Of a stretch of DNA of 64,000 nucleotides, positions 40,260 to 50,135 are shown in pieces. The position numbers were made by a program, and so were the translations under genes. How positions within the stretch are numbered: the first letter of the stretch is position 1; each line of letters begins with the position of its first letter. The stretch is from assembly GCA_963703285.1 (NCBI GenBank), contig OY969807.1, forward strand, positions 1,536,001-1,600,000. Reading direction: 5' to 3'. The notes beneath the pieces are model-generated. The model was given only the letters and a program-made list of their open reading frames with translations, was not told where the DNA came from and did not search any database. This DNA comes from an uncultured Nitrososphaerota archaeon (lineage in GTDB: Archaea; Thermoproteota; Nitrososphaeria; Nitrososphaerales; Gagatemarchaeaceae).

Positions 40260-40796
40260 CTACTGTCTTTCGAACAGCTGAGATGTCTTTAGTTCAGGGT
40301 GAAACCAGAAATATGAGAATCGTTCGTCTGTCGGCATTGTAGTATATCCCATTATCAGCAGGAATTCGTGATTCAGCATGCCCTTCTTGGTAAGAGATAG
40401 TCTAGATTCGAGCTTCTCCTTGATCTTATCGTGTTGTTTCTTCGGTGGATAACATATGAGCACGCGCAAGTAAGCTGCAGATGCGAGAAGCTTAGGTACC
40501 TCCTCATCCCAGATTCCCTGCCAGCCGTTTTCGTGTTCTACGGTCAACACCGGTTCTTCGTCTTGGTCATAGAAGGTCAGATCTATCCGTCGAAGCTCCC
40601 GATCGGGAGTTAGCTGGAACTTCTTGGATACCTTTAGGAGCACTTTGTACAGATTTTCGGTCCATATGCTGGCCCTTATGGTGTCATCCGACTCGGCACC
40701 GCGCCATCTGTGATGCTGCCATGTTGATTTGAAGGCCTTGGCGAACGAATAGCCGTCTAGCTTCTTCAACGAGATATTCTCTCCGGGCTCTTGCAA
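40260..40796 (-). CDS. Restriction-endonuclease-like (PD-(D/E)XK fold) protein
   Basis: E..RIDL.FY......L.VEHEN.....EE..KL pattern. Confidence 0.55.
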   Translation of the reverse strand: MQEPGENISLKKLDGYSFAKAFKSTWQHHRWRGAESDDTIRASIWTENLYKVLLKVSKKFQLTPDRELRRIDLTFYDQDEEPVLTVEHENGWQGIWDEEVPKLLASAAYLRVLICYPPKKQHDKIKEKLESRLSLTKKGMLNHEFLLIMGYTTMPTDERFSYFWFHPELKTSQLFERQ

Positions 40797-40936
40797 TATT
40801 AAATTCTTTGAGATTGGCGAAGACCTGTCACCCGTTCAATTAAGTGTGGGGTATCAGTTCACATTAGGGATCATTGCGCCTCCGCCGGGGCATTTCATCC
40901 ACGTTATCCCATATTTGGGAACGGCTTGATACGGAG

Positions 40937-41908
40937 TTACGGCCTGTTTCGGAATGTAATTTCGTCTTCGACTTTGAAGAGTTTGGCTTCTTCCTTGTCG
41001 ACAATCCCAGCAGTGGTCCCGATTAGCTCCGGGGACTTCTCAACAGTTCCAATAATGATAGATGTTGATTCACACTTCGGACATTTTATATCAATCGAGA
41101 AGATTGTGGTCATTGGAATCTTGTGCTCGTTCGTTTTGTAATCACACTTCTTGCAAGTCAATGGTACAATCACGTTCTCCGGATCAAGGCGTGATTTCAC
41201 CAATGAAGATTGCATAACTTGGTCGTCGAGCATGATACTATTGTCATAAAACATGTCTTCTATCTTGTGTTTTAGGTAGGCTCCTACTATGATTTTCTCG
41301 CGCTCTGGTAGCGACATGAATGCTTCGCTAGTGGATGACAAGACCATACTGCGCCGTTGAGGATACTGAAATGCTTGGATTCTCCCCAGCAAACCAGCCA
41401 TCACAAAGAAGAACCAATACGGAGCCTCGCCACCAGCCGCATACAGCGTGCTGAGCGGAGTTCCAACTGTATCAAGAAGTTCGCTGATGTGGCGAGCACG
41501 TACCATGTTAAGATAAACGGACTTGGAGAATTTGGTAATTGGACTATCAGGTTCCTCGACCGCGAATGCCTTCTCTAATATTCGCTCGTAATCGACACCG
41601 GCCTTCAGGCCTTCAGTTGATGTTACTACGAGAGCAAGGAATGTACCTTCTGCCGATAATTCATACTCAATTCTCACTTGATGATCGTCAACTTGAATCT
41701 TGTCATGTGTCACAAGTCCCTCTTTCACGCACCTATCAAGATATGTCAGAGCGGTGGGTTCCTTGATGGCCGCCTTTCTTGCAATTGCGCGCCTAGTAAG
41801 TGGGGTGTTTTCCCTCAGCATGGTTAGAAGCAGTTTTCTGTATCCCTTGGCCTGTATCGTGTAGGCTGATTCTCCTCTCCTGACTTTCTCAAAGATAGGT
41901 ATGGTCAT
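40937..41908 (-). CDS. Winged-helix protein with C-terminal Zn finger
   Basis: LTRRAIARKAAI...TA..YL......GLV; C..C...C..C. Confidence 0.7.
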   Translation of the reverse strand: MTIPIFEKVRRGESAYTIQAKGYRKLLLTMLRENTPLTRRAIARKAAIKEPTALTYLDRCVKEGLVTHDKIQVDDHQVRIEYELSAEGTFLALVVTSTEGLKAGVDYERILEKAFAVEEPDSPITKFSKSVYLNMVRARHISELLDTVGTPLSTLYAAGGEAPYWFFFVMAGLLGRIQAFQYPQRRSMVLSSTSEAFMSLPEREKIIVGAYLKHKIEDMFYDNSIMLDDQVMQSSLVKSRLDPENVIVPLTCKKCDYKTNEHKIPMTTIFSIDIKCPKCESTSIIIGTVEKSPELIGTTAGIVDKEEAKLFKVEDEITFRNRP

Positions 41909-41964
41909 CTACGTTTTCGAGATTTGTTATAGAGAACTCTATTATATCAAAAGCGCGCTACGAA

Positions 41965-41981
41965 TTCTGACCGGGTCAGAA
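41965..41981. promoter_or_regulatory. Perfect palindrome TTCTGACC-G-GGTCAGAA, candidate operator
   Basis: Just upstream of the AT-rich promoter region of the wHTH gene starting at 41908. Confidence 0.5.
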
Positions 41982-42309
41982 ATCGGCTACAGTTCCTGAC
42001 CATGTCATTTTAGGCTTCGCACTCTTCTTTTACTCGCCATGAACACTGTAGAGAACTGAGGACGAGGAACGGGATGGCGTTGCGCTACCATGGTAGTGCA
42101 TCCTGATGAAGTGCGAGTGAGGGGCATGATGTCTCCCGCCCTCTTCTCATAACTCCAGACCGCATGGACTTGGGTTACAAGATCTAGGTCCCTTGTAGTG
42201 GTTGATTGCGCCTCCGCCGGGGCATTTCATCCACACGTTTGGTCACAGGTGAGGTCTTGAGACTGTACGTTGATAGTCAGACGCGAGTCAATAACAATGC
42301 GACTAGGAC

Positions 42310-42353
42310 TTTACTTGGGTAAACCCTTAAATTGCGCCCTTTACCCTGGTAAA
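42310..42353 (+). promoter_or_regulatory. Two TTTAC-N4-GTAAA palindromes flanking a TTAAAT box
   Basis: tttacttgggtaaa (42310-42323), ttaaat (42327-42332), tttaccctggtaaa (42340-42353), ATG at 42357. Confidence 0.6.
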
Positions 42354-42356
42354 CAC

Positions 42357-43106
42357 ATGGAACCCAAGGTGGATGGTTCGCACGCAACTCTTGAGGTTGT
42401 TGGGAATCATTGGCTCATTGATGGATCTCACCAGCTAGACTGTAACGTAATAGCAACTGCCTATCCTCCAAGGCTCAAGGGGTCCAGTTGCGAGGTCAAG
42501 TCCCTCTTCGTCGGAGTTACGCAAGAGAAGCCAGTAAAGGACTTCTTCCAATCGCTCAAGAATTGCGACCTAGTAATGACTGCGCCTAGTGATATTGGTC
42601 TCTATGCAGTAATCGAGTGCAAAGGAAGTCATTCTCTTGAATACCGCGCAAGCCGTTTTCAAGGTCGAATTGGTATGTCCGCGAATCCGAGAAACAAGAA
42701 ATTGCGACTCACAGTCGACTCGCCATTCAACTTGAATGCAAGTTGGTTCGTCGACCTATTTGAGGGTCTATCGGAAATGAAAATGGAGAAGGGACTGGCG
42801 CTGCAAAAGACAAAGATACCGCTCTCGGATTTCATAGAATTTGAGTCTCACCTAGAAGAGCTCGACGAGAAAGATGGACTGATAGCAAAAGAACTTTTGA
42901 AATCTGGATTCTATTCAGTGCCGAGACCTGAGGGATTAACTCTGGAATCTCTTGGGGAGAAAGTGAAACTAAGTAAGCCGGCTCTCATAACGCGAATCCG
43001 TAGATTGGAGTCGCTTGGAATCAAGAAGCTTCTTGTCTCTGAAGAGATTACAGAAGAAGACCAGGAAGCAGCATATTCCGCTTTCCAGGCCGCGCTCGAT
43101 AAGTAG
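42357..43106 (+). CDS. Regulator with C-terminal bacterio-opsin-activator-type HTH
   Basis: GFYSVPR...TL..L.....LSK......RIRR.E. Confidence 0.7.
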   Translation: MEPKVDGSHATLEVVGNHWLIDGSHQLDCNVIATAYPPRLKGSSCEVKSLFVGVTQEKPVKDFFQSLKNCDLVMTAPSDIGLYAVIECKGSHSLEYRASRFQGRIGMSANPRNKKLRLTVDSPFNLNASWFVDLFEGLSEMKMEKGLALQKTKIPLSDFIEFESHLEELDEKDGLIAKELLKSGFYSVPRPEGLTLESLGEKVKLSKPALITRIRRLESLGIKKLLVSEEITEEDQEAAYSAFQAALDK

Positions 43107-43517
43107 TTAGGGAAGCTCTTTGTCAATAGCGGCTCTGTCGAGTGCAAGAACTCCTATGTAGAAGAGGAGATTGCACTTCGCAGTTACAGTCCAAGTGCCC
43201 TGAGGAATGCTCTTGCAAAGCCCCAGAGAAATGAGTAGCTCCTGAAACCCACCGCCAGGCATAGCTTGGTCATTAATCTCATCGTAAGCCCACTTCATCT
43301 CCGGGATTTCAACGATTTCGTCGACAATCTTCCAAATCTGGCGGAATGACGATTCTTTTTCACATTTCTTCCTTAGAGAGCCATCTCTAGAAATGAAAGC
43401 TCGCTTGAGGCGATCGTGTGCGACAAGCTTGCAAAGGCCAGTCTTCTGTTCTATGTAGTCAATAATCGAATCGATTTTCGTCCCCCTAAGGCTTCTATAT
43501 TTGGTAGGCACACACAT
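43107..43517 (-). CDS. Hypothetical protein
   Basis: 136-aa ORF directly downstream of the channel-like gene. Confidence 0.45.
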   Translation of the reverse strand: MCVPTKYRSLRGTKIDSIIDYIEQKTGLCKLVAHDRLKRAFISRDGSLRKKCEKESSFRQIWKIVDEIVEIPEMKWAYDEINDQAMPGGGFQELLISLGLCKSIPQGTWTVTAKCNLLFYIGVLALDRAAIDKELP

Positions 43518-43518
43518 C

Positions 43519-43896
43519 TCACTTCGACTCTCCTGTCCTACGAGCCAAATGTGAAGACTTCGAACGGATTTCTACAGAAAGCATGATTACAGAGACAATA
43601 AGCGCGAAGAGCACCAGTTCTATGATGGCCAGAAAAACGGCAATAATGTTTCCGAATTCGGTAACAGGATTGACTTGTGAGACATCTGCTCCTGTACTCT
43701 GCTTGAGACTGAACATTAATGCGTCAATCCAGCTATTGACATCCGCATTGTGCCCAACTTCTGCTACGTAGAACAAATATCCGAGTATAGGTATGCAAGC
43801 AACGAGCAGGACAATCAAAACTCCCAACCATTTCCGCAGGCTCTCTAGACTCTCAACTTCGACCTCCAAATCTCGTTGGGGGTTCAGGTCTGACAA
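43519..43896 (-). CDS. 2TM-pore (Ion_trans_2-like) protein with degenerate filter
   Basis: TM-E...N....SW.DAL.FS....TG....V.PVT.FG-TM; lacks TxGYG. Confidence 0.6.
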   Translation of the reverse strand: MSDLNPQRDLEVEVESLESLRKWLGVLIVLLVACIPILGYLFYVAEVGHNADVNSWIDALMFSLKQSTGADVSQVNPVTEFGNIIAVFLAIIELVLFALIVSVIMLSVEIRSKSSHLARRTGESK

Positions 43897-44408
43897 TCAA
43901 TTTCACTCGAGGTGGGAGTAGTGAATAGGATTAGAAATAAGGTTTCAATACGCACTATTCAGCTTATCGTGTAACCTTGCTTGCTCGTCATAGTCGTCGT
44001 TCCTGAACGATGTGTTGAGGTTCACTGCGCCTCGGACGAGCAGTTTTCCGAGAAATGGAGGCGTTTAGATACACCGACAACATTTCTCTCCGATGTCTGA
44101 ACTTCGGAAATCGGCTAACTTCTAGTGCATCAAGCACAACCGGTTCTTCTGGGGCGTCGAGGAGTGCCCGTACTGCGACCCATCTCCAGCCGTTAGCAAG
44201 GAGAAATGACGTTCAAGCGACCTCCAGCGGAAGTCGCCAGATCATCGACTCAGAACCTACAGCCGATTCTTGATTTAAGATGCCGAAAGAAAGGCATGCC
44301 ATGCATAAGGGTTCATTGCGCCTCCGCCGGGCATTTCATCCGGATGTTAGGCCCTAGGTGCGAGAAAGCGTTATTAGCAAGATTCGGTGTCTACGCAACG
44401 GGAATTGC

Positions 44409-44624
44409 ATGGCTGCCGTCCAAAGGGAATACGACTGGCTTGTGGAACATCATAAAGAGGCTGAGAAGCATGCTGGTCGATGGATAGCCATACTAGATGG
44501 AACGATTGTCGCAGACGGTAAGAGTTTTCGGGAGGCTCACAGGAAGGCGACGAGGGAGCATCCCAATGGCGTCCCCTTGGTGTTGTACGTGCCCAAGAAG
44601 AACGAAGAACTTCTGATTCTTTGA
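44409..44624 (+). CDS. DUF5678-like small protein
   Basis: EY.WL..H......GRWIAI.DG.IVA.G....A...A. Confidence 0.7.
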   Translation: MAAVQREYDWLVEHHKEAEKHAGRWIAILDGTIVADGKSFREAHRKATREHPNGVPLVLYVPKKNEELLIL

Positions 44625-45016
44625 CAAGATACGAGTTCAGGTACGCGCCGTTCAGGGGTTCCGTCTTCCCCATCATCCCCTTGCAGCTGAGAACGGCTGA
44701 TGGGGGGTGGCTTGCGACGACTGCATTGCTGGATTCAGGCGCAAGCATCAGCCTCTTCGACGGAGCGGTCGCGCGGGGTCTGGGAATCAAGGTCAGTGGT
44801 GGAAAGAAGGTAAGCCCGACGGGAATCGGTGGACCAATAACCGCATACGTTCAACGAATCATGCTCAAGATAGGTGATGGAGAATTCGAGGCAGCGATTG
44901 CCTTCACGGAAAGACGAAGGTTACCAATCAACTTGCTCGGAAGGGCCTATGTGTTTGACCGGTTCGTTGTCACATTCGACGAGAAAAGGATGAGGACGGT
45001 TCTGGAGACTGAATAG
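44621..45016 (+). CDS. Retropepsin-like aspartyl protease
   Basis: ALLDSGASIS, NLLGR. Confidence 0.85.
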   Translation: MTRYEFRYAPFRGSVFPIIPLQLRTADGGWLATTALLDSGASISLFDGAVARGLGIKVSGGKKVSPTGIGGPITAYVQRIMLKIGDGEFEAAIAFTERRRLPINLLGRAYVFDRFVVTFDEKRMRTVLETE

Positions 45017-45269
45017 AACCCTTCGCCATGTATAGGGTTCATTGCGCCTCCCGTAGCTCAATAGAATCGAACTAACTTCTCTCTTTGACGATGTACCTCT
45101 TCGAGGTCGCGCCCAGCAGAGGTTTCCTACACGCCTCGGCACAGAAGCTAGGGGAAGCTTATTCTAATCTGCAACTTACGACGAGCACCAAGAGAGGAGG
45201 CGTGCTGCTGCAGAAGTAGCCCCGCGTCGCCCGCAGTACATGGAAGAAATGGCGAGAGGCGAGCGGCAG

Positions 45270-46406
45270 CTAGCGAATCCTCACACCGGAGTCTCCGGTC
45301 GTTCCAGACAGGGACTCTATTTGGGCCATGAATTCTTTGATTCTCTTCATGAGAAGCGCAAACACAATGAGGGCCGGTTCAGCAAGTGGAGCCAACAATT
45401 CAACGATCCACACAATGATTGACTTCAGAGCAGCCCATAGGATAGAGAGGCTTCCAATTGCTGACTCCAGCATTCCATTGAGCCTCTCGATGACTCTTGA
45501 CAATGTTTCAGTGGCAGAATTCCGAATCTTCTCGCTGAAGGTGAGCGCCAACAAGATAGAAACAACTGATAAGCCCAGAAGGAGCCACGCCCACTCAGGA
45601 ACCTTCTCGAGTTCTTCGGCTGAACCTGATGCAAATGCAACAAGAAAGCCCGCGATGGCTTCCATAATCTCCATGATAGCCTGAATGACAGCTACGACAA
45701 CGAATTTCGCCACGTCGAAGAGAGCCTTGGAAGATCCACCGATCAGAATTAACGACATGGAACCGGATTCATAGGTAAGCACTAGCTGTGCGGTGTCCTT
45801 GAGTTGGAATCTCCTAGTATTAGGTAGGTTCCCGAAGGCACGGATGTCGCCGCTAACTACAGCATCAGCCCCTTTCTCTATGGCCAATGCCAAGAATGGT
45901 ACATCCTCCGGTGCTTTGGGAGACAAGAGCATCCTGGCTTGGTCTATTGCCGTGACCGTTGTAGCCGAGGCTTTGTTGAGCTTAGCGATGAGTTCCTTCG
46001 CGTGACTTTTGGCGATGTCCAAGGAGCATCCCGCAGGAAGATCATGCCGAATATTCCGGTCTACCTCTACTTCGAGTTCAGGAGGGGCGAAAACTTCGAT
46101 GTAAGGCGAAGATAGGAGATGGGCAGTCGATGAGGGCTTGCCTTTCCCAACGCGAAAAGCGTCCTTCACTATGATATTGGAGTCAACAACCAGCGTTACT
46201 TTTCTCAAATCCCCGACGATGTCAGGGAGGAACTTCATCAGGCCATTTCTTATTGCTGAATGAACCTCAGGATTAAGGCGCCGGATTGTCGAGTCGAGCA
46301 ATTCCCCATATTGAGATTCATACTCCGAGAATTCGTCCCAGTTTTCGTCTGCGAAGTTCCCGAGGAGCTTCGCCATTCTGTTGGAAGTTGCGAGTCCCTT
46401 CGTCAC
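45270..46406 (-). CDS. PIN-domain protein with C-terminal TM segments
   Basis: LVVDSNII, PEDVPFLALA, VVSGD..AF, hydrophobic C-terminus. Confidence 0.75.
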   Translation of the reverse strand: MTKGLATSNRMAKLLGNFADENWDEFSEYESQYGELLDSTIRRLNPEVHSAIRNGLMKFLPDIVGDLRKVTLVVDSNIIVKDAFRVGKGKPSSTAHLLSSPYIEVFAPPELEVEVDRNIRHDLPAGCSLDIAKSHAKELIAKLNKASATTVTAIDQARMLLSPKAPEDVPFLALAIEKGADAVVSGDIRAFGNLPNTRRFQLKDTAQLVLTYESGSMSLILIGGSSKALFDVAKFVVVAVIQAIMEIMEAIAGFLVAFASGSAEELEKVPEWAWLLLGLSVVSILLALTFSEKIRNSATETLSRVIERLNGMLESAIGSLSILWAALKSIIVWIVELLAPLAEPALIVFALLMKRIKEFMAQIESLSGTTGDSGVRIR

Positions 46407-46772
46407 GTCAACATCAGGAAGGATTGAAGAAGGGTTCTATTTCTATATGTCAAGCCGACGCTCCAGTCTCTTCTCGGGTTCTGATTCCCGTGGACCGGTC
46501 CGTCTTCGCCCCCTGATATGGCTAGGCAAAAGAGGTCGGGGAAAGCGAGATGCCGCCAAATGTTTAATGAATGCTTCTAGGTCATTCCATGCTTCCCTTT
46601 CAGCCTTGTCAAACGGATGCTCTTGGTCCATTTCAGATAGTAGATATCCGGGGGTCTTCTTAAGGCAGTCAACCTCAACGTTTCCTCGATTGATTGTAAG
46701 GGATGGCTTTGGCCATGCATAGGGCTCATTGCGCCTCGGAGTAGAAACCTTAAGGAGATTGAGTGTCTGCAG

Positions 46773-47639
46773 ATGTGGTTAATGTTCACTGAGCTCCTGG
46801 ACAATGAATTCTTCGAAGCGGGAAGCCTTGTGACCAAATGGCCGTCGGAGTGTATTTGGGTTGAAGAAAACTATGAAGTGCAGGTTTCGCCGGGGATAAT
46901 CGAGGACGCTGAAAGGAAGAAGATTAGCAACCTAGTAGTAAGCAGCGATGACAAACCGGTAGGTTTCGTTCCAGTTCATGTCGTCAAACAAACATTAGTA
47001 TTGAAGGAGAAGTCAGTCAAGAAGGGAATCCCGTGGATTCAATCCGACTTGAAGCTGATTCCTCTGGTCAAGATCCTCAGTGATAAGGGAGCGCGAGGTT
47101 CTCCTCTGTTTTTCGTGCGAGACAATTCGCTTAGAACAATTGGGATATTGAACTACTCTGACCTGAACAGGAAGAGTGTGTATCTTTACAGCTACACAAT
47201 GTTACTCTTTCTCGAACATTGGATAAGGGACACAATCAGAAGGAAGAAGTGTTCGATGGACGAAAGTCTAAATTTCGTCTGTATTGAAGAACTGTTGAAG
47301 CTGTCAGGCCGCGGTAACATACACAAAACGCGATACGAAGAGATTGTTTCAAGAGTCCAGACTAGAGGTCAACACCATCTGGTGGCCTGTGATTTGAAAG
47401 ATTTATGCTACATCCTCCAAAAGGACCCTGTTCTCGGTGGTGCGAAACGTGAATTGACCCCCGTCACGATTGATTTCGCTAGTACCTTCTTAAGAAATCG
47501 AATAGCACATCCGAATAATCTGATCATTCCGAATTGCAATGCAGATAGGAATCTGGCGGATTTGCTAGAATTCTTTCTTGAAATGCGACATTTCATTCGT
47601 AGGCATGATTTTAACGACAAGACTCGAATATACAGTTAG
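46773..47639 (+). CDS. Hypothetical protein with CBS-like N-terminus and HEPN-like RxxxxH motif
   Basis: GIL.YSDLN, LE..IR..I, LRNRIAHP. Confidence 0.55.
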   Translation: MWLMFTELLDNEFFEAGSLVTKWPSECIWVEENYEVQVSPGIIEDAERKKISNLVVSSDDKPVGFVPVHVVKQTLVLKEKSVKKGIPWIQSDLKLIPLVKILSDKGARGSPLFFVRDNSLRTIGILNYSDLNRKSVYLYSYTMLLFLEHWIRDTIRRKKCSMDESLNFVCIEELLKLSGRGNIHKTRYEEIVSRVQTRGQHHLVACDLKDLCYILQKDPVLGGAKRELTPVTIDFASTFLRNRIAHPNNLIIPNCNADRNLADLLEFFLEMRHFIRRHDFNDKTRIYS

Positions 47640-47734
47640 CAAAGGATTACGGTTCGATTACACTAAGAAAAAGATGGTATGCCATGCATAGCGTTCATTG
47701 CGCCTCCGCCGGGGCATTTCATCCATATGTCGAG

Positions 47735-48550
47735 TCAATTCTGCTGGCTGTGGAGGAGAAGTGCAGCCCCTATAATCAATAGTAAGACCATCAGGGCTGC
47801 CAGATCGAAATAGCTCTGGATGAAGAATGCACCCACGAATGGAGTGCTGCTTACGATGCCGAAGTAAATCAGCGTCGGAAGGCTAACCAGCACCAAAATA
47901 ATTCCAAGTGCTAGTTCTCCTACATTACTCCCCGGTTGCTCTACATGGGTGGTTGGTTTGCGGTTCTGGTAGGTCTGCGAGCCTGAGCTCTCGACCGTTC
48001 GCTGTCCTGTCGGTTTCGAGACTGAAGAATTGACTGCGTCGTATCCTTTTTCAGTTAGTCCAGCATTCTCTGTGATGTATCCCCTTTCGCATAACTGACC
48101 TAACTTGACCGAGACGACTTTGACATCCACACCCGTTGTCCTCGATAGCTCTTTCTTGTTTTTGGTGTACCTCAGAGTTCGGAGAAGATGCAGATCGAGT
48201 GATGAGAGCGGCATTGGTGTTTCGTCTTTGCCTTCCCCGGTTTCTGCCGTAGAGACTCCGCCTGTCGGTTCATTCTTTCCCGTCTGCATCGGTGCTGGAG
48301 ACTCTCCGGCTGGTTCCGCCTTTACGCTGAGTTGTGGTGGCGAAGGCATACCGCGCCTTACTGACGCCAAGATGATTGATGAAAGACCGAACGCTAGGAA
48401 AATGACTCCGACAGCCTCGAGACCGATGTTAGTCTTGGATGCGACAGAGGACAACGAATTAACGGATTGGCGGGAATAGCCTTCCGCTGACAGCAGAATC
48501 GCTCCGAATACAACGAGAAATGCGCCCGTATAAGCGAGGATTCGCTTCAT
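47735..48550 (-). CDS. Membrane protein with central winged-helix-like segment
   Basis: 2 TM - linker - ELSR.TG.....V...L..L...GYI...LT.KG - 2 TM. Confidence 0.6.
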   Translation of the reverse strand: MKRILAYTGAFLVVFGAILLSAEGYSRQSVNSLSSVASKTNIGLEAVGVIFLAFGLSSIILASVRRGMPSPPQLSVKAEPAGESPAPMQTGKNEPTGGVSTAETGEGKDETPMPLSSLDLHLLRTLRYTKNKKELSRTTGVDVKVVSVKLGQLCERGYITENAGLTEKGYDAVNSSVSKPTGQRTVESSGSQTYQNRKPTTHVEQPGSNVGELALGIILVLVSLPTLIYFGIVSSTPFVGAFFIQSYFDLAALMVLLLIIGAALLLHSQQN

Positions 48551-48750
48551 GTTCCCGACTTGGTATTCCGCTCTCTATTATTTACGATACTCGAAGTGCG
48601 AAACCTCCCGAATCGGTTATGCTGTAGAGCTTCCTTAATCAGAACGTTATGTCAAAAAATGGCATGCTATGTATAGGGTTCATTGCGCTGGAATGGTTGA
48701 GAAATTTGACATGATGCTCCTTAAGTCTTAATTCGAATCTGTCGCGAGTC

Positions 48751-49278
48751 GTGCCAGACAAAAAACAGGGCGAACCGGAAGATCGACTGACCGAAGCACG
48801 ATTAGGTCTTCTAAGCACCTACTCTTCACAGGCTACTACTCATGGCACATACGTCATTAGTTCAGTCGTCGTTCTTCTTACTTGGTTGCAGTTCTCGGGA
48901 ACTCTCGGATGGATTCGAGATGGCGTAGCTTCGCTAATTTTCACCGGGATCGTATACTCATTAATGAGAACTGTCTATTGGGGGACTCTTTCTACCAGCG
49001 TCATAAACTTGGGGGAATTCATCAGTAATGGAGAGATAGACTTCTCAAAGCTTGAGAAGCAGGACTATCTCGACGATAATGCCAAAGGTAAAATTGCCCG
49101 AGCTAAGGCAAGTGATGACCTCCTCCTGAGAGCTCATATACTGTCGGGTCCTACGTTTACCCAGAAGAAAGGGATTTCAATTGGAAGCTTCTTGCTGTTA
49201 ACACATAAGAAGAGGCCTTTTCTATATGCCGTCCTTATCTCCAGTTTCATCGTTTCTTTTGGCATCCTTTACTTCTGA
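48751..49278 (+). CDS. Membrane protein
   Basis: 3 hydrophobic segments; TTAAG/TTAA boxes about 25-30 nt upstream. Confidence 0.55.
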   Translation: MPDKKQGEPEDRLTEARLGLLSTYSSQATTHGTYVISSVVVLLTWLQFSGTLGWIRDGVASLIFTGIVYSLMRTVYWGTLSTSVINLGEFISNGEIDFSKLEKQDYLDDNAKGKIARAKASDDLLLRAHILSGPTFTQKKGISIGSFLLLTHKKRPFLYAVLISSFIVSFGILYF

Positions 49279-49382
49279 CCCGGAGAATGAGCGTGGGTCG
49301 AAAGGGTTTCATTGCGCCTCCGCCGGGGCAATTTCATCAACACGTTGGGCTATAGTCAGAGAGTCCTCTAGCACCCCGAGGA

Positions 49383-50135
49383 TTACACCCTCAGGTTCCT
49401 ACTCCATTTCTGGGGCTTCCTGTGGACGCAGATGTATGGACTTCCCGTTGATTCAGAATCCTTCAATTCGAATCCCGCATCGACCATAACATGGTTGAAG
49501 ATCCAGGGCGCCCAGATGTGAACCTCGACCTTGAACTTCGTATTGTCGTCCAAGTTCACGTGCAGCCTGCCTAGCGTCCCTTTCTCTCCATCGTATTTTG
49601 TGTGTACGGAGAGGATGTCTTTGTCGCCTGCTGGTTCATAGAGTACTTGCCGATAGAGTCCCGAGACCATCATGGATACGGTGTCGTTCAGCTCCGTGAT
49701 CATCACACCCCCAGGCCTAAGCACCCTGAAGGCCTGCTTCGCCGCCAGACTCATGTCTTCAATAGAGAAATGACCGACAGCTCCGAGGAAGACCACGACG
49801 TCGAAGGTGTCTCTCTTAAGCTCGAGCTTTCCTCTTGCGTCGCCTACCAGAAGCTTCGCTTTCGACGCCAGTTCCTCCGCTCGTTTTCTTGCTTCGAGGA
49901 TCATCCTCTCCTGAACGTCGACTCCGGTCATCGCGTACCCCTTCTTCTCAAGGGCGAAGAGAAAGAGACCGGCACCGCAGGCAAGGTCGAGAACACTTGA
50001 GCCCTTGCGAGGCAGGTGCTTCACGATTCTTGGAATCGAACGGTTGAGCCTTGCCTTTGCGGGGGCCGATTCTGCTATGTAAGGCGCCGTGTATAGTTCA
50101 TAGTACTTGGCGACCCCTTCGGGGAGTGGCTCCAT
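49383..50135 (-). CDS. Class I SAM-dependent methyltransferase
   Basis: VLDLACGAG, FDVV, RVLRPGG. Confidence 0.9.
   Translation of the reverse strand: MEPLPEGVAKYYELYTAPYIAESAPAKARLNRSIPRIVKHLPRKGSSVLDLACGAGLFLFALEKKGYAMTGVDVQERMILEARKRAEELASKAKLLVGDARGKLELKRDTFDVVVFLGAVGHFSIEDMSLAAKQAFRVLRPGGVMITELNDTVSMMVSGLYRQVLYEPAGDKDILSVHTKYDGEKGTLGRLHVNLDDNTKFKVEVHIWAPWIFNHVMVDAGFELKDSESTGSPYICVHRKPQKWSRNLRV

Noticed and set aside
42050-42170. CTGATGA/CTGAGGA motifs suggesting a hammerhead ribozyme or C/D box RNA
   Set aside because: No correctly placed GAAA and stems for a hammerhead, and no convincing C/D box pairing seen by eye
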